A stretch of 64,000 nucleotides of DNA, from contig JBEPZY010000009.1 in NCBI GenBank assembly GCA_041640595.1, forward strand, positions 1-64,000, in the 5' to 3' direction. The notes beneath the pieces were generated by a model that saw only the letters and a list, made by a program, of their open reading frames with translations, did no database searches and was not told the origin of the DNA. Of this stretch, positions 40,103-50,450 are shown one piece after another. The stretch is from Gemmatales bacterium (lineage in GTDB: Bacteria > Planctomycetota > Planctomycetia > Gemmatales > HRBIN36). Position numbers and translations under genes: made by a program. The stretch's first letter is position 1. Each line of letters opens with the position of its first letter.

Positions 40103-41365
40103 TTATTCGGTGCGCTTTGCCGCCGGAAAGATGCTGGCAACATTGTCATAGAGAATCTGTCGGGCCAGTTGCACAGCGTCCTCTTCCGACCAGCCGCGTC
40201 CGCGCACGTATTCCTCGGCAAGAACCTGAGCGAGCACCCGCCGAAACATGTTGAATTTCGGCAGCACGAATTCCAGCTTGTATGCATCGCTATAGTAGCC
40301 GATCAGCTTGGTTTTCGGCACACCCTGCAAGCGAACCGCCAGGTCCCGGGAGATGAAACCAGGTAAATTGCTGTACCACCAGTGCCCGCTGGCTACCACG
40401 TTGGGAAAAATCCAGCTGAAGGCGACCAATTCTGGATTCTGGCTGCTCGACAGCACCGAGACGCAAAAAACGACCCGCGGGAAAGCGTTGAAAAGCTCCC
40501 GATATTGCGACAGCGAGGTGCGCTGGTCGAACAAATCCTGACCCTGCGGAACACCGTGGCGGTACACTCCGCGCTGTACGCCGATCATCAGGTCGAAAGG
40601 CAAGCCGAAATCCTGGCAACATTCCGCGAGCGTCCAGAAAACGTAGCGGCTCAATTCGGGCGAAGGAGAATCAAGCCGCGGAAAAACGCCGGGTTCCGGC
40701 GGTAATGGTGTAAAATCCGGTGGCAGCGAAATCGCACAGGCACGCGCGCCATGCCGGACAAAGTGCTCAAAAAGCCGATCCAGAGCGTGGCGAAGTTGGC
40801 GAACCTCGCCGATTTCTATGCCGGTAGCCCGCGCCAGGCGCTGCCGCACTCCCTCCTGGTGCAGCCGAAACACCAGATCATCTGTTCGCAGGCACGGTAC
40901 GTAGAGCCGCGTATCGAAACCTTCCAGCGGATCGTCGAAGTCATTGGTGAGGAAAATTTCTTCGATGCGGCTGCGAGTCAGAACCTGTTTATCCCAGTCC
41001 GGGGCGGACATAACCAGTTCGGCCTTGTCCCACAGCCAATCCGCGTCTTCCGCGCTAATCCGCGACTTCGGAAAACCAAGAAAAGTTTGAGCAATTTCCA
41101 GCAACCAGCTTGCCTGCACCGTATTGTCAAAACGCTCCAGATAACGAAGCAAAACCCGGCATCGTTCCCGAGGGGGATAGTCCGGACGGAGCGGGTTGTG
41201 AGGCATTCCTGCGGAATGAGCTAATTCCGTGTAGTAGTGATAGCCGAGAATTTCATCCAGGCAGCGTGCCGCCGGCTGGTGAGGCGAAATGTGCGTGTGC
41301 GGATCGCGGATCGGAATTTGAGCAATTTGCTCATAGAGGCGGTTTGTCAAAGTGTCCTCGGGCAT
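40103..41365 (-). CDS. Uronate (glucuronate) isomerase-like amidohydrolase
   Basis: DPHTH metal motif, TNDFDDPL, SGHWWY, YYSDAYKLE, KFNMFRRVLA, ILYDNV. Confidence 0.8.
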   Translation of the reverse strand: MPEDTLTNRLYEQIAQIPIRDPHTHISPHQPAARCLDEILGYHYYTELAHSAGMPHNPLRPDYPPRERCRVLLRYLERFDNTVQASWLLEIAQTFLGFPKSRISAEDADWLWDKAELVMSAPDWDKQVLTRSRIEEIFLTNDFDDPLEGFDTRLYVPCLRTDDLVFRLHQEGVRQRLARATGIEIGEVRQLRHALDRLFEHFVRHGARACAISLPPDFTPLPPEPGVFPRLDSPSPELSRYVFWTLAECCQDFGLPFDLMIGVQRGVYRHGVPQGQDLFDQRTSLSQYRELFNAFPRVVFCVSVLSSSQNPELVAFSWIFPNVVASGHWWYSNLPGFISRDLAVRLQGVPKTKLIGYYSDAYKLEFVLPKFNMFRRVLAQVLAEEYVRGRGWSEEDAVQLARQILYDNVASIFPAAKRTE

Positions 41366-41543
41366 TGCTCTTTTCTCCCATGGACCGAAAGACTATGCTT
41401 GGCGGCGGTCAAGACGCAAGGACGATGCAGGGAAGATAAGAACTTCGCTCCCCGGTTGCAAGAAGGCGCTGGCGCCAGAACTGGCCTGCGTTGCTGCGAC
41501 TGCTTGCTGGTTCTTAGCTTCCCCTACGACAGAAGGAGCAGGT

Positions 41544-42359
41544 ATGAGCCAGTCGCTGGCCGCTAGTTCAACGACAACGGAATACGTGCCTGTAGAAACA
41601 AGCGGTGGCGAAATCCTGCCGTTTCCATCACCGGCAAATTCTTCCCCTCCAGCTGACACTGGCCGGGAACCGGAAGCGCCACCCCATCAGTCCTACACAA
41701 CAGCGCAGGCTTTGGCAGAGTTTGAACGCTGGAGTCGCAGTTATGATCGGAGCTTTTTGCAATACCTTCTGTTTGAACCGACCCATCGTTTGCTGCTGGC
41801 GCAGCTGGCTCCCGATGTGCGGCGACTTCTGGACATAGGTTGCGGTACCGGAAAATTCCTCGCCCAGGTGGCAGAGTGTTTTCCCGAAACCGAGATTTTT
41901 GGGCTGGATTTATCTCCGGGCATGCTGGAACGGGCCAAACCTCGCTGTCAGCGTTACGGAGACCGTGTGCGACTGGTACGCGGCGACAGTGCGTGCCTGC
42001 CCTTCCCGGACAACTTTTTCGACGTGGTAACCTGCAGCCACAGTTTCCACCACTATCCCGATCAGCAACGGGTGATTTGCGAAATCTACCGGGTGTTACG
42101 CCCCAATGGACGCATGCTGCTGGTAGATGGAGACCGCGATGGCTGGTGGGGCTGGTTCATTTACGACATCTGCGTCACCTGGCTGGAAGGAGGCGTACAC
42201 CATTGCTCCGCAAAACGCTTTCGTCAGCTGTGCCAGTCGGCGGGGTTTCAACAACTGCAACAAATTCGCCGGGGCCGATTAGCTCCTTTCCTGGTCACCG
42301 TTGCCACCGCCATTAAGACCGCCCTGGAACTCGCCATGCCATTAAGTCGCGCCGCGTAA
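41544..42359 (+). CDS. Class I SAM-dependent methyltransferase
   Basis: LLDIGCGTG, GLDLSPGML, LPFPDNFFDVV, RVLRPNG. Confidence 0.9.
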   Translation: MSQSLAASSTTTEYVPVETSGGEILPFPSPANSSPPADTGREPEAPPHQSYTTAQALAEFERWSRSYDRSFLQYLLFEPTHRLLLAQLAPDVRRLLDIGCGTGKFLAQVAECFPETEIFGLDLSPGMLERAKPRCQRYGDRVRLVRGDSACLPFPDNFFDVVTCSHSFHHYPDQQRVICEIYRVLRPNGRMLLVDGDRDGWWGWFIYDICVTWLEGGVHHCSAKRFRQLCQSAGFQQLQQIRRGRLAPFLVTVATAIKTALELAMPLSRAA

Positions 42360-42436
42360 AAAACCAACCGCCAGACCTGTTCACACGAACCGCGACCATG
42401 GGCAGTCACGCGCAACGCTTGCCCGAAACAACAACG

Positions 42437-42712
42437 TTACTTTCCCTGCCGTTCATGGGCGTCGCGGAGCAAATCCACGACTTCCTGAACGCTCGCCTCG
42501 GGTAGGCTTTTGCCCTTTCGCCGAAGTGTCTCGGTTACATGGATAACTGCATCGGTCATCCGCTCATGCGTTTCCTGAGAACCGCCATACAAAACGTAAT
42601 GCTCTCCGGTGGTTACGCGGATGTGGCCGTCCTGATTGTCCAGGCCGATACCAATCAGGCCGACCAGTTCCTGGGCTTTTCTTTTCTGCGACCGAGAAGG
42701 TTGTCGAGCCAC
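42437..42712 (-). CDS. Small conserved-looking hypothetical protein
   Basis: 91-aa ORF with GIGLDNQDGHIRVTTGEHYVLYGGSQETHERM. Purine-rich RBS upstream. Confidence 0.7.
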   Translation of the reverse strand: MARQPSRSQKRKAQELVGLIGIGLDNQDGHIRVTTGEHYVLYGGSQETHERMTDAVIHVTETLRRKGKSLPEASVQEVVDLLRDAHERQGK

Positions 42713-42803
42713 TGCTACGTCCCTTTATATTGTTGCCGTGCCGTTGACAATATATCCGACAAAACGGATGCCTGTCAACCCTGAGGGATTGTGTGGCTCG
42801 GAC

Positions 42804-42898
42804 TTTCTGATTCCAGCCGCGAGATTCAAAGCCCGCCAATTTTCCGATCCAGCCATTGGCGCTTCTCCGGTTGCGAGTTTCTGATTCCAGCCGCGAGA
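42804..42898. repeat. 37-bp-period direct repeats in a divergent promoter region
   Basis: tttctgattccagccgcgaga at 42804 and 42878, with a partial copy tttccgatccagcc at 42841. Confidence 0.7.
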
Positions 42899-42922
42899 GT
42901 AGCCGTTTTCCGTCGCGTAAGT

Positions 42923-42943
42923 AGATTGACCCGGGGTCAATCT
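42923..42943. promoter_or_regulatory. Perfect palindrome, candidate operator
   Basis: AGATTGACCC-G-GGGTCAATCT, ending 16 bp before the Clp N-domain ATG. Confidence 0.5.
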
Positions 42944-42959
42944 CTCGGCAGCCATCACC

Positions 42960-43448
42960 ATGAGCCGAACCAGGTCCGAAACCCTGTTCGCGCCGGACGG
43001 TCGCTTGCGGCAGGAATATTTCACGCCGTCGGCCATCCGGGCACTGCGTGCGGCTTGCGACGCGGCCATGCGCACCGGCTGGCCCACCGTGCGCACTCCG
43101 CACTTGTTTATCGGTTTGCTCGAGGAAGCGGATGAACCGATAGCCCGCTGGCTAAGCCAAAACCAGCTTGATGCCGCCCGGCTCAGGACGGATTTCCTCG
43201 ACTGGTTCGATATGTCGGAGCAACTACCTGCCCGGCAAATTCACCTCCAGGCCGAGTGTTTCTCCGAACACCTGCGCCAGGCTCTGCAATTCGCCTATGA
43301 GCGTGCCCTGCAGCGGGGGGGTCCACCCATCACACCCGCGGATTTGCTGGCCGCGGTGTTTCTGTGCGAACCCAGCGTCGTTTGTGAATGCCTCCGGCGC
43401 GACGGCTACGACGTTGCTTCCTTCGTCACCAGCGTCAAGTCCATCTGA
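42960..43448 (+). CDS. Stand-alone Clp N-terminal (Clp repeat) domain protein
   Basis: FTPSAIRAL...RTPHLFIGLL and FSEHLRQALQFA...ITPADLLAAV double repeat, with no AAA domain. Confidence 0.75.
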   Translation: MSRTRSETLFAPDGRLRQEYFTPSAIRALRAACDAAMRTGWPTVRTPHLFIGLLEEADEPIARWLSQNQLDAARLRTDFLDWFDMSEQLPARQIHLQAECFSEHLRQALQFAYERALQRGGPPITPADLLAAVFLCEPSVVCECLRRDGYDVASFVTSVKSI

Positions 43449-43773
43449 ACCGCGGACGGTAACGGCAATTCGTGCTGCGATTCTGCCGATAGCAGTTCTC
43501 CGGAACGGATCACGCCGGGCGGGTTTGCGAGTAAGACCGCACTGTCCTTCGTTCGGCCCTGCCACGTCCCGATCGGAAATCGAGTGCACTGAACTTGAGC
43601 CGTACCGTGGCGGCGTTTATCTTCTCCAGGTGCCCCAAAATCTGCCGAACACGGAGAATGCAGAACTTGCATCGGCAGGTGGCCACACCCGAATTCCTTG
43701 CCCACGCCAGATTCCACGTGCCCCGACTACCGGAACAATTCTCCTTTCCGACTACGCCACTTCGCCGGTGAAT

Positions 43774-46461
43774 TTAGCCATCTGCATTCCCGGTCGCGGT
43801 TGCGGCTGGAGTGGCGGCAGTTTCCTGGGTAGCGGCAAGGGTGCGAAGTTGTTCGGCCAGTTCGGGTGAAAGCTCGCTGGTGCCTCGACATTTCGGATAT
43901 CGGGAACAACCAAGGAAGAAACCACCCTGACGATTGGCGCGTAGCTTCATGGGCCCGCCACATACCGGACAGTTCTGGTCAATTTCCAGTTCCGGCACCG
44001 TAACTCTGGGCCGACGCGGATACAGCTGGGCCGCCTGTTCACGAAGATGCTCCGGCAGCGGCTGTGCATTACGGCATCTGGGATAAGCAGAACATCCCAA
44101 AAACGGCCCCCGCGGTCCGGGACGGATGACCATCGGGCTGCCGCATTTTTCACACTCGATTCCCGTGTCTGGCATCTCGATGGGCTCGCCCTGCTCGTTC
44201 ACGTTTTTGGTATTGCGACATTTGGGCCAGGCGGAACAGGCCAAGAATTTCCCGCGTTTTCCCTCTCGCAAAATCATCGGAGAGCCGCAGCGTTCGCAAA
44301 CATACTCGCTTTTTTGCGCCGTGATTACGGGTTGTCCCTGGGAATCCAATGTCATGGTAACCGGGCAGTCGGGATAACCGGAACAGGATAAAAACACGCC
44401 ACGCTTGCCACTTTTGCGCAGCATAGGCCTGCCACACTGCGGACAGGTATGTTCGGTGGGCTGGGCGGAGTCGGCTCGTTCGCCGTTGGACTTGACGTAA
44501 CGGCATTCCGGATACCGCGAACAACCGAGAAACTCGCCGGTCTTGCTGTAGCGGGTTACCAGTGGGGCACCGCACAGCGGGCAGCTCTCCTCAGACTCCT
44601 GTCCCTTGATCTTGGGCATCTTCGCCTCAGCCACCTTGAGGGCTTGGGAAAACGGTTCATAAAACTCGTTGAGCACGGCCCGCCAATCGGCCCGAGCGTT
44701 TTCGATGGCGTCCAGTTCCTCTTCCATGTGGCTGGTAAACTTCACGTCGAGGATTTTCGGGAAATGCTCAACGAGTAAGTCGGTAACCAGCATCCCCAGC
44801 GGGGTAGCATAAAATCGGCGATTCTTCTGTTCTACATAACCCCGTTGTTGGATCTTGCTGATGATGGTCGCGTAGGTGCTGGGCCGACCGATACCCTCTT
44901 TTTCCAACGTCTTGACCAGCGAAGCCTCGGTATAACGCGGAGGCGGTTGCGTGAAGTGCTGGGAAGCGAGCAACTCTGCACAGGCCAGTTGTTGCCCCTG
45001 CTCTAATGCCGGTAACAGTGCATCTTCCTGTTTGCCCACCGGTTGATACACGCGCCGGTAGCCGTCAAATCGCAGCACCTTCCCCTGGGCCTTGAGTAAT
45101 CCACGTTCGCCATCGGTGCTGGCTTCGATGGTTACGTTGGTAATATCGAAGCGGGCCGGTTTCATCTGGCTCGCCACGAAACGCCAGTAGATGAGCGAAT
45201 AAAGTTTTAGCTGATCCGGAGTCAGCCATGCAGCTACCCGGTCGGGTGTATAACTGAGGTCGGTGGGGCGGATAGCTTCGTGCCCTTCCTGAGCCGCTTT
45301 GCCGGATTGGTAAACGTTAGGAGCAGCGGGCAGGTAATCTTCGCCGTATTGCTGTCGGATAAACTCACGCACCGAAGCGAGGGCCTCGTCGGAAATCCGG
45401 ACGCTGTCGGTTCGCATGTAGGTGATGAGAGCTACCGGGCCTTCCGGTCCGAGTTCTACTCCTTCGTAAAGCTGCTGGGCCAGCCGCATGGTTTTTTCGC
45501 CGGAAAACCGGAAGCGAATGTTAGCCTGCTGCTGCAACGTGCTGGTGATAAAGGGCGGCGGAGGGGAATCGAGCCGTTCTTTCTGTTCCACGCTGACCAC
45601 AACAAATCGGGCCTTTTGCAAGGCTTGCGCCAGCTGGAACGCCTCCGATTCGTTGCGCAGATTAACCTTGGACTGCTGCCACTCGGTCAGCTCAGCCAGG
45701 AAGGTACCCTCCGGCGCTTCGCCGCGCTGAATGGGAGATGGCTCGGCCTCGGTGTCTTCAACCTCAGTTTCGTTTTCCTGCTTTGCTTTGCGAATCCGGA
45801 TGGGTGGAAGGCTGACGCTCTCCGCAGGCGATGCCCCTGCCGCCAATCCTTCGGCAGACCGAAGGGCTGCAAAAATCTTCCAGTATTCTTCGGGACGGAA
45901 CGCCTGGATTTCGCGTTCCCGCTCTACAATGAGGCGAACCGCAACGGATTGCACCCGGCCAGCACTGAGTCCGCCGCGAACTTTTCGCCGTAACAGCGGG
46001 CTGAGTTGATAGCCCACCACCCGATCGAGAAAACGCCGCGTCTCCTGGGCCCGAACACGGTCCATGTTAATCTGGCCAGGATGGGCAAAAGCTTCCTGCA
46101 CCGCCTTTTTCGTGATTTCGTTGAAGGTAACGCGACGCACACGCTCATCGGGCAAACCGAGCGCTTCTTTCAGGTGCCAGGCAATCGCTTCACCTTCCCG
46201 GTCCGGGTCCGGGGCGAGGAACACCAGCTGGGCCTTTTCCGCTTTCTTTTTCAGTTCAGCGAGGACTTCTTTGCGTTCGGGCAGGTTTTGATAGGTGGGA
46301 ACCCAGCCAGCCTCGATATCAATGCCAAAGCGCGACTTGGGCAGATCGCGGACATGCCCTTTGCTGGCCGCGACCTCGTATTCCGGCCCGAGATACTTGC
46401 TGATGGTCTTCGCCTTGGCTGGCGATTCCACGATCACCAGATGTTTCTTCCTCGAACCCAC
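43774..46461 (-). CDS. topA: DNA topoisomerase I with five C4 zinc ribbons
   Basis: IVESPAKAKTI, DPDREGEAIA, SAGRVQS, LITYMRTDS, GIGRPSTY, and five CxxC...GxFxxCSxYPxC-type repeats. Confidence 0.97.
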   Translation of the reverse strand: MGSRKKHLVIVESPAKAKTISKYLGPEYEVAASKGHVRDLPKSRFGIDIEAGWVPTYQNLPERKEVLAELKKKAEKAQLVFLAPDPDREGEAIAWHLKEALGLPDERVRRVTFNEITKKAVQEAFAHPGQINMDRVRAQETRRFLDRVVGYQLSPLLRRKVRGGLSAGRVQSVAVRLIVEREREIQAFRPEEYWKIFAALRSAEGLAAGASPAESVSLPPIRIRKAKQENETEVEDTEAEPSPIQRGEAPEGTFLAELTEWQQSKVNLRNESEAFQLAQALQKARFVVVSVEQKERLDSPPPPFITSTLQQQANIRFRFSGEKTMRLAQQLYEGVELGPEGPVALITYMRTDSVRISDEALASVREFIRQQYGEDYLPAAPNVYQSGKAAQEGHEAIRPTDLSYTPDRVAAWLTPDQLKLYSLIYWRFVASQMKPARFDITNVTIEASTDGERGLLKAQGKVLRFDGYRRVYQPVGKQEDALLPALEQGQQLACAELLASQHFTQPPPRYTEASLVKTLEKEGIGRPSTYATIISKIQQRGYVEQKNRRFYATPLGMLVTDLLVEHFPKILDVKFTSHMEEELDAIENARADWRAVLNEFYEPFSQALKVAEAKMPKIKGQESEESCPLCGAPLVTRYSKTGEFLGCSRYPECRYVKSNGERADSAQPTEHTCPQCGRPMLRKSGKRGVFLSCSGYPDCPVTMTLDSQGQPVITAQKSEYVCERCGSPMILREGKRGKFLACSAWPKCRNTKNVNEQGEPIEMPDTGIECEKCGSPMVIRPGPRGPFLGCSAYPRCRNAQPLPEHLREQAAQLYPRRPRVTVPELEIDQNCPVCGGPMKLRANRQGGFFLGCSRYPKCRGTSELSPELAEQLRTLAATQETAATPAATATGNADG

Positions 46462-46978
46462 AAACTTCCCTCCTGGATGCGCCCATCCTGCGGATGTTTA
46501 CGCTTAGTTGGGTAAAGAGCCGTCTCCTTCTGGCACGCTCCGACTTTCTGGACGTTCTGGTTGTTCGCCCGATAAGAGGCTTTTCCAGGGTGCTGGCGAC
46601 TTTGTAAGACCGCGTCAGGCTATGTACCAGGCAGGTTCCCTGGCAAGTTAATCAGCCCGAAGGAAAGCGGATTTACCCTGGGTTATGCGGCTTGGCCATT
46701 TTACGCCGCGGCTTTCGGAAAAAGCCAGTCCAGATTCCCAAACGGCCAGGCCCGACTACAATGCTGCTGCATGCTCGTCGGGCGACTATCTAAGCCATAG
46801 GACATAATGCGGACAAATGTCAAGTCGTCCCCTTGAGGCGACCGTGACCATCTCCTGGAAAAAGTCCTTTATCGGGAGCGGCTGGGGTCTGCCGCGGCGC
46901 GGAAACATCCGCCTTGGTAACTGCATTGCCGATTCACGGCGGGCTGGCGCTCTGGACTGATGCAAGCGAGGCATTGCC

Positions 46979-49876
46979 ATGGCTCTGGAAATTTTTGAAG
47001 TCTTTCGCCGGCGACAAAAGGTAATCCTGGCCTGGCTGGCAGTGCTGGCCATGTTTTTGTTCATCATCGGCGATGTTTTGATTGGCGTGCGGATGGGGCA
47101 TTACGGTCTGGGCTACGGTTTGCGGCGACTGTTTCACGACACCACCCTGGAAGAGCTGGAGGTCCTGCACGAACAACGCCAGGCAGCCCTTTCGTTTCTG
47201 GTTCGTGCCCGGTTCAGGGCGGACGAAATCCTGCGGCGGACCAAGTTTTCCAGCGGCGACCCCGAAAAGGATGAGACGCTCCGAAAAGAATACCAGCGCG
47301 AGTTGCGCACCGCCAACGATACTATGTGCGGCGATATTTTTCTGCGGGCTTATCAGTGGGCGCCGTTGGTACAACTGGGGCTGCCTCTGGACGTGGTCGC
47401 ATACGAATTTCCTCTGACAGCGGAAGGGTTGCTGGAATTCGCCTACTGGAAGGAACAGGCCAATCGCCTCGGGATCGTGATCGGCGCAGAGCTGATCCGG
47501 CAGGATTTTGAAAAGTTTACGTTCGGACTGCTGCCGGAGCAGGAATGGTATCGCTTACTGCAAGACTCGCGGATTGCCGCGGCTCCCAGCATCGTACTTG
47601 GCTGGGTGGCCGATGAAATTCGCGCCAGCCTGGCCAAACGCATTGTCGAAGGCCCAGGGCATAGCCGCGCCGTGCAACTCACCCCGCTCGACCTCTGGCA
47701 GGCTTATCGAGACCTCCGAACCGTCCTGCCGCAGGTTGGCATCACTTCACTGAGTATTGACGAGGAACGTTTCACCAAGGCCGTGTCTGAACCGGACGAA
47801 TCCCAGCTGCGGGCTTATTTCGACGAACACAAACTCCAGGAACCCGACCCCATGCGACCCAGTCCTGGTTTTCGCGTCCCCACTCGTTACCGTGTCGAGT
47901 TCGTGTACGCGGACTTCCGCTACGACCCGAAGGATCCCGCCAGGATTGGCGAAGCCTGGCCAGCGTATCGGCAAATGGTCGAAAGCCTGTTGAGCCTGGG
48001 CGGAGCTTTGCGCTGGACACCGGCGCTAAGCCTGGCAGGTGTTTTTGCACCTGCGGTTGTTCTGCCGCCTACGGAGCTGCCATTGCGAGCTTATGACCTG
48101 TACCGAACCAATCAGTGGCAACGCTATCGCATTGACGAAAACCTCGCCAGCTTTGCCCTGACCAATACGCCACTGGATCAGCGCGTCCATCATCACGGGA
48201 TATTGCCCCCCGGGACTGGCCCCTGGTTTATTCCTGGCGCCTCGGAGTGCGAACAGGCGACCCAACTGGTGTCTCGCGGACTGAATGCACTTACGGCTAT
48301 GCTTGGCGTAGCAGCACCGGTCGGCCTGCTGGCTTGGCCAGTTTCCATCCGCGCACCGCGAGCCGAGGCTCAAATGCTCGACCTGGCAGCCACCTTAGGC
48401 CGAACCGTTGCATCCACACTGGCGCTGGCAGCTCCCGCAGTTGCCAGCCGCGAACCGGTAAAGCTGGAAATGGTGATGGCAGCCAGTCTGGCGGGGCAAA
48501 TGGCTGGTCCGGTGATCCCTGTCACTGCGGTCGAGGCATGGCAAGCTGCCTTACGCGCTCCGATAAACTTGGAGACGGCTTCGGTGGCACCGGGTTACGC
48601 TGGTCTGGCTCTGACTGTCTGGGCGCCACCCCTGGCCGTGCCATTCGCCAGTGTTGCTTCCGAACTGGAAAACGAATACCTGCGCGGCGAAATTTCCAAG
48701 TTCGTTCATGGAGACCTGGAAACCTTGAAAAACGCTCTGGCCGAGTATCGGCAGGAATATCAAAAGGCCTACACCGCCTGGCGGAAATCTGCCAGGAGCA
48801 AGAGCCCGTTTGTTCCGCCTCCATTCAGCAAGACTAAACAGCCCATCGAGCAGTACGTGCAGAGTTTCTGCCAGCCGCGGGGTCTGCGTTATTTTCCGAT
48901 GAAAGAGCTACGCAGCCAGTACGAACTCATGCCGCGGCACAGTGGTGAGCTGGCCAAAATTTTGTATCCGCTTTATCTGGAAAGCAGGAATTTCCCACCA
49001 GGAACCCGACCGGCGGAAATCTGGAACCGGGAACTGGAATTCGCCCGGAAGTTGATCAGCGGGGAGGAATTCCTGATCCAGCCCGGCGCCAAACCCAAAC
49101 CCGAGGAAATCAAGGAGAGGGGAAGCTATTCCGTTTACGAACCGCGGTTTTTGATTCCGGGACAAAATGCGGCCCATCTGGCCATGATCTGGAAAGCCGA
49201 GGAAACCCCCGGTTATGTTCCCACTTTTGAAGAAGCGCGCGACCGTGTTGTTCAGGCCTGGCGACGCGAAAAAGCCCGGGAATTGGCTCGCCAGCACGCC
49301 GAACAACTGGCTGACCGCATTCGACAGCGTCGTCACGACAATCAGCGCCGCATCGAGGACATCTTGACGGAATTGAAAGGGCAGCCCGAGTTCGTGGAAC
49401 TTACCAGACTGGAAACTGTGGAATTGCGACGCTATGAATGGTTACCGCTTGGCTCACCGATTACCGGTCTGGAACCGGTGGCTCCAGGGCCAGTGCTCAG
49501 GCCGGTCTCTTCTCCACCGCTGGTTGATTATCCTGCCTCGGATTTTCTGCAGCAGGCTTATCAGCAACTGCGCGAACCAGGCGATGTCTGGATCACCACC
49601 AATCAACCCGCGGACAAAGTGTACATTCTGGTTCTCCTGCAACCTCGCCGGGAACCAACGCCGCAGGAATTCGAGGCAGATTACCTCAAACGGCCCTATA
49701 CCGACCGGATCAAGGTCAGGATGTCCACCTTCGAGTCGCAGACATTGGATGAATGGGTCCGCTCACAGAAGGTGAACGAACTCCGCCGACAATTCCATCA
49801 GTTTCTCCGGCAACGTTACCGCCTGGATGACGAAAAATATCGCCAGCTCGAAGACCTGACCCGCCGGTCTCGCTAA
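46979..49876 (+). CDS. Large membrane-anchored PpiD/SurA-like periplasmic chaperone
   Basis: N-terminal FRRRQK plus TM segment, EPDESQLRAYFDEHK...RYRVEFV, PTFEEARDRVVQAWRREKA. Confidence 0.55.
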   Translation: MALEIFEVFRRRQKVILAWLAVLAMFLFIIGDVLIGVRMGHYGLGYGLRRLFHDTTLEELEVLHEQRQAALSFLVRARFRADEILRRTKFSSGDPEKDETLRKEYQRELRTANDTMCGDIFLRAYQWAPLVQLGLPLDVVAYEFPLTAEGLLEFAYWKEQANRLGIVIGAELIRQDFEKFTFGLLPEQEWYRLLQDSRIAAAPSIVLGWVADEIRASLAKRIVEGPGHSRAVQLTPLDLWQAYRDLRTVLPQVGITSLSIDEERFTKAVSEPDESQLRAYFDEHKLQEPDPMRPSPGFRVPTRYRVEFVYADFRYDPKDPARIGEAWPAYRQMVESLLSLGGALRWTPALSLAGVFAPAVVLPPTELPLRAYDLYRTNQWQRYRIDENLASFALTNTPLDQRVHHHGILPPGTGPWFIPGASECEQATQLVSRGLNALTAMLGVAAPVGLLAWPVSIRAPRAEAQMLDLAATLGRTVASTLALAAPAVASREPVKLEMVMAASLAGQMAGPVIPVTAVEAWQAALRAPINLETASVAPGYAGLALTVWAPPLAVPFASVASELENEYLRGEISKFVHGDLETLKNALAEYRQEYQKAYTAWRKSARSKSPFVPPPFSKTKQPIEQYVQSFCQPRGLRYFPMKELRSQYELMPRHSGELAKILYPLYLESRNFPPGTRPAEIWNRELEFARKLISGEEFLIQPGAKPKPEEIKERGSYSVYEPRFLIPGQNAAHLAMIWKAEETPGYVPTFEEARDRVVQAWRREKARELARQHAEQLADRIRQRRHDNQRRIEDILTELKGQPEFVELTRLETVELRRYEWLPLGSPITGLEPVAPGPVLRPVSSPPLVDYPASDFLQQAYQQLREPGDVWITTNQPADKVYILVLLQPRREPTPQEFEADYLKRPYTDRIKVRMSTFESQTLDEWVRSQKVNELRRQFHQFLRQRYRLDDEKYRQLEDLTRRSR

Positions 49877-49951
49877 ACTGCCGGCCTTCGTGTGCTTGTC
49901 ATTGGGGCTGACGGGAACTCGGCGTGCAGTGGGTCAGCTTCCTGGCGGCGC

Positions 49952-50224
49952 CTAAAGATCGGTAAAGTCATCCAGGCGAGCTACGGCAACCACCTTGCTG
50001 CGAACAAGCACGACTCGTTTACGATTTCGCTTGATACCCGTGGTAACCGAGGAGGCGATATAGTTTTCACGTGTGGTGTCACTGTCGCGCATATCGTGCA
50101 GGTCAGCATCGGCCAGAATCAGATAGCGTTCATCCACCTGCTCGAGCCGACCGAGGCACACATACGGGCTCTCCATATCCACAATCACCATTTCGCCGAT
50201 AAGCTGCTCCAGCAAGTCGCCCAT
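49952..50224 (-). CDS. Sm/LSM-fold small protein
   Basis: LEQLIGEMVIVDM...GRLEQVDERYLILADA (Sm1-like) and VVLVRSKVVAV (Sm2-like). GGAG RBS. Confidence 0.65.
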   Translation of the reverse strand: MGDLLEQLIGEMVIVDMESPYVCLGRLEQVDERYLILADADLHDMRDSDTTRENYIASSVTTGIKRNRKRVVLVRSKVVAVARLDDFTDL

Positions 50225-50244
50225 TGTGGCCTGATCTCCGTGGT

Positions 50245-50450
50245 AGCCATTCGAGTAGCTGTTAGCTCGACATGGCCTGACTAGCTGGTTACGGCCGCCG
50301 CTAGCTGGCAGCCATTCGAGTAGCTGTAAGCTCTACCGCAACGAGCAACATTCCCGCTCTTCGATCCATCCTCTATGTCAGCTTGGAGCCTCTCCTTTGT
50401 GGAGACGCCCTCCGATCGGGGAGCTATATTCCCGCTTTTCAATCCATCCT
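50245..50450. repeat. Two pairs of direct repeats upstream of the LSM gene
   Basis: agccattcgagtagctgt[t/a]agctc at 50245 and 50310. attcccgct[c/t]ttc[g/a]atccatcct at 50350 and 50428. Confidence 0.75.
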
